Assembly: GCA_037134355.1 (NCBI GenBank)
Contig: JBAXMJ010000002.1
Location: forward strand, 11,111 to 75,110
From: a bacterium
Lineage (GTDB): Bacteria > Verrucomicrobiota > Kiritimatiellia > CAIKKV01 > CAITUY01
DNA length: 64,000 nt
Direction of reading: 5' to 3'
The notes beneath the pieces were generated by a model. It was given only the letters and a program-made list of their open reading frames with translations. It was not told the origin of the DNA and ran no database searches. Each line of letters opens with the position of its first letter. Position 1 is the first letter of the stretch. The position numbers were made by a program, and so were the translations under genes. This document shows, in pieces, positions 8,732-17,207 of this stretch.

Positions 8732-9904
8732 ATGATGAATGTGATTGCCGGGGTGATCGGGTGCGGAAATATTTCGCGGTTTCATTTTTCAGGGCTCGAG
8801 AAGGCCGGGGCGGAGGTCAGGTGGGTGTGCGATCTCGTCGAGACGAATGCCCGGCCCTATGCGGAAAAGTTCAATGCCCGCACCACGTCGGACTGGAAGG
8901 AGATCATCGCCGACAAGGAGGTGAACACGATTGTCATCACGGCTCTCTCCTCCGTACACAAAGCGGTCTGCCTGGCGGCCATTGCGGCGGGTAAGGCGGT
9001 GATCTGTGAGAAGACACTGACAGAGAACGCCGCCGACTCCCTGGAAATCGTGAAGGCGGCGGAGGCGAAAGGCTCGATCTTCTACACGTCCTACATGAAG
9101 CGGTTTATTCCCGCCGTGGCGAAGGCGAAAGAACTCCTGCCCGGATTGGGAAGAATCGTTTCCACGCATATTCGCTCGCATCAGTGTTGGGGGGATCTGT
9201 GGGGTGGCAATCCCGAGTCCGGATTCTTTCATACGCCGTCCGACGGCATGTCTTCGGTCCGGCGCAACTACGGCGGCGGCATTCTTGTATGCGGCGGCAG
9301 TCACATACTTGATTTGATCGTCTTCCTGCTCGGACGACCGCACAAGGTCTATGGAAAGATTCACCAGCCGGCCGATCGCGATTACGATCTGCATGCGATG
9401 GCGCTGCTGGAGACGGATAACGGGACGGTGAATTTCGAGGTGATGGCGCATCCGCTCCACCGGATCGGATTTCTGCGCGACGGCTGGGACGAGCGCGTCG
9501 AGATCAACGGCGTCAACGGGCGGCTTGAAATCTACAGTGCCAAATGGGACGATCCGTACTGCAAAGCCTCGCTGCTGGTCCACTACGACAACACGACGGG
9601 CGGTGTGAACGAATACCGTTTCGATGCGGTTTCGCCGTTTGATGAAGCCATTGCGTTCTTCTGCGGTAACATTGCTCGAGGCGAGCAGGGGGGGCAATCG
9701 CGATGGACAGGCTATGAGGTGGACGCATTGCTTGCGCACGTTCGGCGAAGCGATGCCACTGGAGATGCGGTTTGTATTACCTGGCCGAAACAGGCACCGG
9801 AAGGGCGAGCTCGAATTCGAATGTCGGGTTGGCGGCCGCTATCAGATCAGGCCGGTCGACAACCAGGGCAGGCCCGCGCGGTCATCGATGAACTTCTTGG
9901 TTAA
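8732..9904 (+). CDS. Gfo/Idh/MocA-family NAD(P)-dependent oxidoreductase
   Basis: 390 aa. N-terminal Rossmann motif VIGCGNISRFH. Conserved EKT(P)-type motif (VICEKTL). GGAGAGGG SD. Confidence 0.75.
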   Translation: MMNVIAGVIGCGNISRFHFSGLEKAGAEVRWVCDLVETNARPYAEKFNARTTSDWKEIIADKEVNTIVITALSSVHKAVCLAAIAAGKAVICEKTLTENAADSLEIVKAAEAKGSIFYTSYMKRFIPAVAKAKELLPGLGRIVSTHIRSHQCWGDLWGGNPESGFFHTPSDGMSSVRRNYGGGILVCGGSHILDLIVFLLGRPHKVYGKIHQPADRDYDLHAMALLETDNGTVNFEVMAHPLHRIGFLRDGWDERVEINGVNGRLEIYSAKWDDPYCKASLLVHYDNTTGGVNEYRFDAVSPFDEAIAFFCGNIARGEQGGQSRWTGYEVDALLAHVRRSDATGDAVCITWPKQAPEGRARIRMSGWRPLSDQAGRQPGQARAVIDELLG

Positions 9905-9919
9905 AAAAAGGAAACACAC

Positions 9920-12097
9920 ATGAGCATACCAAATGCAGTCGTATGGAACACCCCCAGCCGCGATTCCTCGGGCTCGATGCCGTTGGGTAACGGCGATATC
10001 GGCCTCAACGTTTGGGTCGAAGAAGAAGGCGATTTGCTGTTTTACCTCAGCAAGACCGACGCCTGGGACGAAAACGCGCGGCTTCTCAAACTCGGCCGAG
10101 TGAGAGTCTCCCTCTCACCCAACCCGTTTCGAGCCGGCGCGATCTTCCGCCAGGAGCTCGATACCTCCACCGGAACGATCCGCATCCAATCTTCAATCGG
10201 CAATCTTCAATCGACAATTCTCATCTGGGTCGATGCCAACCGGCCGGTGGTGCGCCTTGAGATCGACAGCGAGATGCCGGTCGCGGCCCGCGTCGCCCTG
10301 GAACTCTGGCGCAGCGCCGAACGCTTGCGCGAAGGCATGGAAGGCCATTGCGATGCCGGACTGCGATCGGCGGAAGCGCGCGAGACGGTCTATCCGGACA
10401 CCGTGCTGCCGACGGCGGACAACACGATTCTCTGGTGTCACCGCAACCGATCCTCCTGTTGGGCCGCGACGCTGGAGCATCAGGACATGGCCGCCTGGAT
10501 CGCGCAAGGGAGCGATCCGCTTCTGCACCGCACCTTCGGCGCCCTGCTGTGCGGCGACGGGCTCGTGAAAGACGGCGACCAGGCGTTGCGCACGGCGACT
10601 CCGCAAACCCGCATCGCGGTGGCCATCCACCCGCTGACCGCGCAGACCGCCACGCTGGAGGAGTGGGTGACGGCGGCCACGAGCCAGGCGGCCCGCAGCG
10701 ATGCCGTCGCTTGGGAAATTGCTTTCGCCGAACACGCCGCCTGGTGGCGCGCCTTCTGGGAGCGGAGCTGGATCCGGGTTTCGGGCACGCCCGAAGCCGA
10801 AACCGTTTCGCGCGGCTACGAACTCCAGCGCTTCATCAACGCCTGCGGCGGGCGCGGCGCGTTTCCGATCAAGTTCAACGGCTCGATCTTCACGGTGGAT
10901 GCCCGCGAGAAGGACGCGTCCTATGACGCCGACTACCGGCGCTGGGGCGGGGGATACTGGTTCCAGAACACGCGCCTGACCTACTGGCCGATGATCATGA
11001 GCGGCGACTTTGATCTGATGGAGCCGTGGTTTCGCCTGTATTTGGATGCGCTGCCCTTTGCCATGGCCCGGGCGAAGGCCAACTTCGGCATCCAGAACGC
11101 CGCCATGTTCCCCGAAACCATGACCTTCTGGGGTACGTTCCTCAATAGCAACTACGGCTACAGTCGCGGCGATCTGCAACCGGGGCTGAGCGAGAACACC
11201 TACATCCGTCGCTATTGGCAGGGGATAATCGAATTGCTGGCCGTGCTGCTTGACGCTTATGCCGTCAGTGAAGACGAATCGCTGTTGCGCGACAAACTGC
11301 TCGTGCTCGCACCACCCTTTCTGCGCTTCTACCGCGACTACTATCCCCGCCGGGACGACGACGGCAAGATGCTCTTCAAGCCCTCGCAGTCGCTGGAAAC
11401 CTGGCACGACGCCGTCAACCCGGCCCCGGATATTGCGGGACTTCAATGGGTGCTCGACGGCTTGCTGGCGTTGCCCGCTCCCGCCGTGCCGGCAGAACTG
11501 CGCGCGGAATGGCTCGAACTCCTCGGCCTGCTGCCGCCCTTGCCGACGCGATCCTACTACTGGGAGAAGCGCAAGGAAGTCATCCCGGCTCTCCAGTATG
11601 ATGACTGCCAGAACTCCGAAAACGTGGCGATGTACACCGTGTTCCCATATCGCCTGTTCGGGGTTGGCAAGCCCGAGATCGAGGTCGGGCTTGCCACCTG
11701 GGCCGGGCGCCCCGTGAAGGACACCGGCGGTTGGCGGCAGGATGCGATCCAGGCGGCGCTGCTCGGACTGACCGACGAGGCCAGGGCCGCCGTCGTCAAA
11801 AACTTCTCCACCTCCCACGCCGGCAGCCGGCTCCCCGCGTTCTGGGGACCGAACTTCGACTGGGTGCCCGACCAGGATCACGGGAGCGTGGCCTGCATTG
11901 CCTTGCAGCGGATGGTGCTGCAGACTGACCAGGGGAAGATTCGTCTGCTGCCGGCCTGGCCGAAAGAGTGGAACGTGGAGTTCCGTCTCCATGCTCCGGG
12001 AAGAACCGTGGTCGAGGGGCGCATTGAGAACGGCGAAGTCCGCGAACTCCGGGTCACGCCCGAATCGCGCAGGAACGACGTGCTGCATGCGGTATGA
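9920..12097 (+). CDS. Glycoside-hydrolase-like protein (GH95-like (alpha/alpha)6, DUF5703-type N-terminal domain), cytoplasmic paralog
   Basis: 725 aa. N-terminal MPLGNGDIGLNVW ... KTDAWDEN resembles the GH95/GH65-N-type beta-sandwich. About 45% identical paralog at 14895..17207. No signal peptide. Confidence 0.6.
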   Translation: MSIPNAVVWNTPSRDSSGSMPLGNGDIGLNVWVEEEGDLLFYLSKTDAWDENARLLKLGRVRVSLSPNPFRAGAIFRQELDTSTGTIRIQSSIGNLQSTILIWVDANRPVVRLEIDSEMPVAARVALELWRSAERLREGMEGHCDAGLRSAEARETVYPDTVLPTADNTILWCHRNRSSCWAATLEHQDMAAWIAQGSDPLLHRTFGALLCGDGLVKDGDQALRTATPQTRIAVAIHPLTAQTATLEEWVTAATSQAARSDAVAWEIAFAEHAAWWRAFWERSWIRVSGTPEAETVSRGYELQRFINACGGRGAFPIKFNGSIFTVDAREKDASYDADYRRWGGGYWFQNTRLTYWPMIMSGDFDLMEPWFRLYLDALPFAMARAKANFGIQNAAMFPETMTFWGTFLNSNYGYSRGDLQPGLSENTYIRRYWQGIIELLAVLLDAYAVSEDESLLRDKLLVLAPPFLRFYRDYYPRRDDDGKMLFKPSQSLETWHDAVNPAPDIAGLQWVLDGLLALPAPAVPAELRAEWLELLGLLPPLPTRSYYWEKRKEVIPALQYDDCQNSENVAMYTVFPYRLFGVGKPEIEVGLATWAGRPVKDTGGWRQDAIQAALLGLTDEARAAVVKNFSTSHAGSRLPAFWGPNFDWVPDQDHGSVACIALQRMVLQTDQGKIRLLPAWPKEWNVEFRLHAPGRTVVEGRIENGEVRELRVTPESRRNDVLHAV

Positions 12098-12135
12098 GAA
12101 CTGGGACTGAACAATAAACACCAACAGGAGCAACC

Positions 12136-13134
12136 ATGACATCACGCGAACGCGTTAAACGAGCCATTCATTTCCAAGGCGTTGACCACATTCCCCACCA
12201 TTTGCCCGACGGCAAGGAGAACGACATCCTGTGGCTGTGGACGCCGAGGACGCCCGATCCGCAACCGTGGACGGCGGGTGCCGACGGGTTGGAGCGGCGC
12301 ACCGACGCCTGGGGCGTCACCTGGGTGCGCCCGGTCGGCGAGCATAACCACGGCGAGAAATGGGGCTTGCCCATTACCGACATCACCCGTCAGGCCGACT
12401 ATGTGCCACCGGATGAGAACAACCCGAAGTTCTTCGAGGACGCCGGCCGGGCGGTTGCCGCCAACAACGCCGCCGCGAACCCGAAATATTGCCTGGGCGT
12501 CATGCCGTTCTCCAGCCTCAACGAGGGCGCGCACAACCTCATGGGCCTGGACAACATGTTCGTGGCCTATTACGAGGAGCCGGATCACTTGAAGGCGCTG
12601 ATTGCACGGCTGGCGGAGGGGCAGCGCGAGTCCATCCGCCGCCTCCACGCCATCGGCTGCGACGGGGTCATGGGCTACGACGACTGGGGTTTGCAGGACC
12701 GGCTGATGGTCGGTCTGGACATGATCGAGGAATTCTTCCGCCCGCATTACGAGGAGAATTGGAAGCTGGCGCACGAGTTGGGGATGGACGTATGGATGCA
12801 CTCCTGCGGCTACATCGTGCCGCTGTTGCCGAAACTTCACGAGTGGGGCCTGAACGTGATCCAGCAGGACCAGCAGGAGAACCAGGGGCTGGAAAATCTG
12901 GATGCCGCTGTGGGTGGAAAACTGGCGTTCTGGTGCCCGGTGGACGTGCAGAAAACTATGGTAGAGGGTTCGATAGATGATATCCGCGCCTATGTCCGCC
13001 GAATGGTTTCGACGGTTGGCAATCACCGCGGGGGCTTATGCAGTATGGCCTATACCACGCCCGATGCCGTAGGCCACGATCCTGCGAAAACCGCTGCCAT
13101 GTGTGCCGCTTTTCGAGAAATGGGAGTATACTGA
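12136..13134 (+). CDS. URO-D/MtaA-like family protein, paralog 3 (retains the H-x-C-G zinc motif)
   Basis: 332 aa. MTSRERVKRAIHFQGVDHIPHH N-terminus. WMHSCGYI matches the MtaA Zn-ligand motif. Confidence 0.7.
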   Translation: MTSRERVKRAIHFQGVDHIPHHLPDGKENDILWLWTPRTPDPQPWTAGADGLERRTDAWGVTWVRPVGEHNHGEKWGLPITDITRQADYVPPDENNPKFFEDAGRAVAANNAAANPKYCLGVMPFSSLNEGAHNLMGLDNMFVAYYEEPDHLKALIARLAEGQRESIRRLHAIGCDGVMGYDDWGLQDRLMVGLDMIEEFFRPHYEENWKLAHELGMDVWMHSCGYIVPLLPKLHEWGLNVIQQDQQENQGLENLDAAVGGKLAFWCPVDVQKTMVEGSIDDIRAYVRRMVSTVGNHRGGLCSMAYTTPDAVGHDPAKTAAMCAAFREMGVY

Positions 13135-13235
13135 ATATGCCTTGGCACAGTCTGAAAGAAATATTTCACCACCCTCGCTTGGAGTACCCACCTTCGCTAA
13201 AGCTACGGCGGGCATGCCAAGCTAGAGACAGTGAG

Positions 13236-13382
13236 TCACAGAGAATACCTACCCCCGTGTGAATGGTGCGGGAAGCCCAGATCGTTGACCGGCGCGACCT
13301 GGGCTGGGTTGGCGCCCCGGGCCAGTCTGCGCAGTACATCGGCCAGGGGCGGCAGGGAGCGGGTGACGGGTTTACGACTCAT
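13236..13382 (-). pseudogene. Decayed remnant of the GntR/sugar-binding regulator gene (paralog of 21551..22708) with internal deletions
   Basis: The minus strand translates to MSRKPVTRSLPPLAD|VLRRLAR|GANPAQVAPV|NDLGF... This is the first 15 aa, a 7-aa block and the last about 20 aa of the intact regulator, with hundreds of codons missing. Flanking DNA homologous to 21551-21640 and 22650-22755. Confidence 0.75.
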
Positions 13383-13482
13383 GAGGAGTCATTCTGTACG
13401 CATTCTGTCCTGATTGCAAGACGAATCGTCATCTGCTATTTAGCTCAGACTGTGGGCGACGAACAAGCAAAGGCACAGCACC

Positions 13483-14898
13483 ATGAACAAACAGCAAAGG
13501 AACAGCACGATGCGAATTAGCTCTTCTCGGCCTGGCATTCGGGGAACTGTCGTTCTTCTGGCCTTAGCCAGTCTTGCGGGTTGGGGACTGGGCGGCGGCA
13601 CGGCTTGGGGCGCGGACTATTACGTGTCCACGACCGGAAACGACGCGAATAACGGCACGAGTTGGGCCTCGGCCAAACTCACGATCCAGAAAGGCATCGA
13701 TCTGGCGACGACCGATGGCGACGTCGTAAACGTATCGAACGGGGTCTACACGATCACCGCATCCCTCACGATCACAAATGGCATCACCGTCCGCGGCGTG
13801 AACGGAGCATCCAACACCACGGTGTCGGCCGAAAACGCTGCGAATGTAAGAGGGTTCTATATCACGGGCGCAGGAAGTACGCTCGACGGACTGACGATCA
13901 TGAAAGGCAACATTAATGCTAACCCTGGGGGAGGCGGGATCCTATTCCAGGACAACGGCTCGGCCTGCACGGTGAAGAACTGCGTCCTCCTGTACAATAG
14001 CACCTTAACTAAGCCCGGCGCGGCGGTAATGGTGGAGGGTACAGGGAAAGCGTTGCTCCAGAACTGCGTCATCGCCGGCAACCATAACGATGGGGGCGAC
14101 GGCACAATCGCTATCAACAGCCCCGGAACGCTGACGATTGATAACTGCACCGTAACCCGCAACTACAGCTCCGGCTTTAGTAGTGGAATCTACCTTATCA
14201 TGAACCCGACCGTGATCGTGCGAAATACCATCGTGTATGACAACCGCTTCTTCTGGGGCGTCGTGAACTCCGGCGACTACGGGGGAGGAGTGTTCGCCTT
14301 CACGAACTCTTGCATCTTCCCCAAGCCGGTCAAAGGCAGCGGCAACGTGACCAATGCCCCGCAATTCATGTATGACGGCGACGGCTATGGGTTGAGTTAC
14401 AGCAACAACGCCAACCTGCGGCTGCAGCCCGGTTCGCCGTGCATCGATACGGCCCTGGCGGCCGTTGCGCCGCTAACGGATATCGAAGGCAATGCCCGCA
14501 ACAACGACGGTAACGGCGATGCCGTCAATGGCTACGACATGGGCGCGTATGAGGCGCCCGCGTTCGGCGCGGGCCCGCTGCGTTTCAGCCTGCTTCAGGA
14601 CCGAACCGCAGGCATCACGCCGTTTCCCGTGGTCTTCATCGCGACCAACGTGGCCGGTGCGCAGACCAGCGGACTGCATTACAGTTGGAGCTTCGGCGAC
14701 GGGCAGACCGCCAGCGGGTCCACGCGCGCCGTCGTCACGAACCACTACGCCACGCCCGGCGTCTACCGGGCCTCGCTGATCCTGAGCAATGACCAGAGCG
14801 AGGCCGCGACCCAGTACTCGCTGCAGATCCTGGCGCCCTCATCCAACGCCACAATGTTACCGATAACATTTACAAACAACAAAGGCACAGCACCATGA
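13483..14898 (+). CDS. Secreted right-handed beta-helix (choice-of-anchor-Q/DUF1565-like) protein with a PKD domain; chimeric truncated paralog
   Basis: 471 aa; the more likely start is the second Met at 13510, after an AAGGAA SD. Signal peptide MRISSSRPGIRGTVVLLALASLAGWG. NxxG beta-helix repeats. PKD-like HYSWSFGDGQT. About 1.2 kb is more than 95% identical to 22940-24170. The last codons and the stop are supplied by a duplicated leader cassette. Confidence 0.75.
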   Translation: MNKQQRNSTMRISSSRPGIRGTVVLLALASLAGWGLGGGTAWGADYYVSTTGNDANNGTSWASAKLTIQKGIDLATTDGDVVNVSNGVYTITASLTITNGITVRGVNGASNTTVSAENAANVRGFYITGAGSTLDGLTIMKGNINANPGGGGILFQDNGSACTVKNCVLLYNSTLTKPGAAVMVEGTGKALLQNCVIAGNHNDGGDGTIAINSPGTLTIDNCTVTRNYSSGFSSGIYLIMNPTVIVRNTIVYDNRFFWGVVNSGDYGGGVFAFTNSCIFPKPVKGSGNVTNAPQFMYDGDGYGLSYSNNANLRLQPGSPCIDTALAAVAPLTDIEGNARNNDGNGDAVNGYDMGAYEAPAFGAGPLRFSLLQDRTAGITPFPVVFIATNVAGAQTSGLHYSWSFGDGQTASGSTRAVVTNHYATPGVYRASLILSNDQSEAATQYSLQILAPSSNATMLPITFTNNKGTAP

Positions 14899-17207
14899 AC
14901 AAACAGCAAAGGAACAGCACGATGCGAATTAACTCTTCTCGACCTGGCATTCGGCGAACCGTCGTTCTCCTGGCCTTAGCCAGTCTTGCGGGTTGGGGAC
15001 TGGGCGGCGGCGCGGTGGTCGCCGCCGCGGCGCAGGCCGGTGACGGGATCGCCGCCTATAACGTGGTCTGGGATTCGCCCAGCAAGAGTCCGGACGATTT
15101 CATGCCGTTGGGCAACGGCGATATCGGGGTGAGCGCCTGCGTGGAGGAAAAGTCTGGCGAGCTGGTGTTCTACGTCAGCAAGACCGATGCGTGGGATGAG
15201 AACGGCCGGCTATGCAAGGTCGGCTGCGTGCGCCTGAGTTTCGATCCGGCGCCGGTCCTGACGAACGGCTTCCGGCAGGAACTGAAGCTGCGCGACGGCG
15301 TGATCGAGTTTGCATACAATGAAACGGCGCAATCCCAAACTCGGAATGCCGACTTGCGCGTGCGCCTCTGGGTTGACGCGGACGAGCCGGTGATTCGTGT
15401 GGAAGCGGAATCCGAGACGCCTGTAACCTGCCGCGCCAGCGTGGTGTTGTGGCGGGTGAGCAAGGAGCCGTTCGGGGATGATGACGACAGCTACTCCGGC
15501 AAAGGACTGAAGGGACGCGTCAGGCTGCCGGACGTCGTGGTGACGCCGTCGGAGCCCCGGGTGGTCTGGTATCACCGCAATACCGAGTCGATCTACGCGC
15601 TCAGCCTGACGAACCAGAATCTTCAGGCGCTCGAAGGGCGATTCGCCGATCCGCTCCTCAACCATACGTTCGGCGCGAGCCTGTCGGGGGAAGGCTTTGT
15701 TCGTGAATCCGAGCGCGGGTTGAAATCGGCGGCCCCGGCGAAGCGGCACCGGCTTTCCGTGTGCGTGCTGGCGGAGCGCGCGGCCACGCCGGAGTTCTGG
15801 CTCAAGCATCTGGAGGGGATCGAGAAGAAGGCCCGGAGTTTCGAAGACTCCCGCCAGGCGACGGCCGCCTGGTGGAACGCCTTCTGGAGGCGCAGTTGGG
15901 TCCTGGTCGACGGGAAGCCGGAGACGGCCGTCGTGACGCGGGGGTATGTGCTGCAGCGTTTCATGAACGCCTGTGCCGGTCGCGGCCGCTCGCCGATCAA
16001 GTTCAACGGCTCCATCTTCACACCCGTCAGCCGTCCGGACTGGCGGGCGTGGGGCGGCGCTTACTGGTTCCAGAATACGCGGCCGACTTACTGGGCCATG
16101 CTCCCCGCGGGCGATTTCGAGATGCTCGAACCGTGGTTCCGGATGTATCTCGACGCGCTGCCGTTGAGCCAGGCGCGGGTCAAGACCTACTACACGTTCG
16201 AGAACGCCGCAGTCTTTCCCGAGGTCATGAGCTTCTGGGGCCTGCCCAATAACATCTGTTACGGGTGGGGGAACAAGGGGCCGGAGCTGGTCAACGGCTA
16301 CATCAAGCGCGATTGGAACGGCGGCCTGGAGTTGATCGCCGTGATGCTGGACCGCTACGACTTCACACAGGACCGGGAGTTTGCGCGCACCACGCTCGTG
16401 CCGTTGGCCGATCCGCTGCTGGCGTTCTTTGACCAGTACTGGAAACGCGATGCGAATGGAAGGATCCGGTTCGTGCCGTCCCAGGCGCTCGAAACGTATC
16501 AAGCGACGATCAATCCGCTGCCGGATATAGCCGGGCTGTGGTTCGTCCTGCCTCGTCTGTTGGAGTTGCCGGCGGCGCTCACGACGGAGGAACAACGGAA
16601 GAGGTGGAAACGCATGCTAACCGAACTGCCGCCCTTGCCCATCCAGGACGGACGGATCATGCCCGCCGAGGTCTTCGGCAGCGCGAGTAACAGCGAGAAT
16701 CCAGAGTTGTATTGCATCTATCCCTTCCGGCTCTTTGGCGTGGGGCGCGAGAATCTCGAACTGGCACGCAATACGTACAAGGCGCGAAAGAACCCGAAGA
16801 ACGTCTGCTGGGGCCAGGATGAGCCACAGGCCGCATTACTGGGGCTTGGCGAGGAGGCGGCGCGGCTGGTTGCCGGGCGGGTCTCACAAAAGGCGACTTC
16901 GCGTTTTCCGGCCATGTGGCCAGCTTTCTTAGACTATTCTCCCGACCAGGACCACGGCAACAATCTGATCATTGCGTTGCACTTCATGCTGCTGCAGTAC
17001 GATGCGCCGTCCGCTGCCGGCGCGGGAAAGATCTATCTCTTCCCGGCGTGGCCGAAGTCATGGAACGTCGCCTTCAAACTGCACGCTCCAATGAACACCA
17101 CGGTGGAAGGCGAACTGCGCGACGGCAAGGTCGTTTCGCTCACCGTGTTGCCCAAATCGCGCGAAGCCGACATCGTCAATCTTCTGAATGCAGAAGGCCT
17201 GCGATGA
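14895..17207 (+). CDS. Secreted glycoside-hydrolase-like protein (GH95-like, DUF5703-type), paralog of 9920..12097
   Basis: 770 aa. Same leader and signal peptide as 13483 (MNKQQRNSTMRINSSRPGIRRTVVLLALASLAGWGLGGG). FMPLGNGDIGVSACVEE...KTDAWDEN. Collinear with 9920..12097 throughout. Confidence 0.65.
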   Translation: MNKQQRNSTMRINSSRPGIRRTVVLLALASLAGWGLGGGAVVAAAAQAGDGIAAYNVVWDSPSKSPDDFMPLGNGDIGVSACVEEKSGELVFYVSKTDAWDENGRLCKVGCVRLSFDPAPVLTNGFRQELKLRDGVIEFAYNETAQSQTRNADLRVRLWVDADEPVIRVEAESETPVTCRASVVLWRVSKEPFGDDDDSYSGKGLKGRVRLPDVVVTPSEPRVVWYHRNTESIYALSLTNQNLQALEGRFADPLLNHTFGASLSGEGFVRESERGLKSAAPAKRHRLSVCVLAERAATPEFWLKHLEGIEKKARSFEDSRQATAAWWNAFWRRSWVLVDGKPETAVVTRGYVLQRFMNACAGRGRSPIKFNGSIFTPVSRPDWRAWGGAYWFQNTRPTYWAMLPAGDFEMLEPWFRMYLDALPLSQARVKTYYTFENAAVFPEVMSFWGLPNNICYGWGNKGPELVNGYIKRDWNGGLELIAVMLDRYDFTQDREFARTTLVPLADPLLAFFDQYWKRDANGRIRFVPSQALETYQATINPLPDIAGLWFVLPRLLELPAALTTEEQRKRWKRMLTELPPLPIQDGRIMPAEVFGSASNSENPELYCIYPFRLFGVGRENLELARNTYKARKNPKNVCWGQDEPQAALLGLGEEAARLVAGRVSQKATSRFPAMWPAFLDYSPDQDHGNNLIIALHFMLLQYDAPSAAGAGKIYLFPAWPKSWNVAFKLHAPMNTTVEGELRDGKVVSLTVLPKSREADIVNLLNAEGLR

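Noticed and set aside
10193-12145. 650-aa minus-strand ORF antisense to the GH95-like gene. Similar long antisense ORFs at 15210..16595, 23794..24954, 25347..27410, 29008..32562, 32686..34317, 21635..22861, 36407..37399, 8789..9739, 12142..13026, 5468..6310, 4478..5398, 7883..8677 and 49480..50301.
   Set aside because: Arg/Pro/Gly-rich low-complexity translations typical of stop-codon-poor antisense frames in high-GC DNA. The opposite-strand genes have recognisable families, paralogs, signal peptides and operon-style overlaps.
16916-17203. N-terminal extension of the giant protein ORF called from an upstream start (1514 aa); similar extension for 28927..29073
   Set aside because: The upstream portions overlap the preceding genes in another frame and lack signal-peptide logic. 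Internal ATGs with SD motifs (or ATGA coupling) and signal peptides are the plausible starts.
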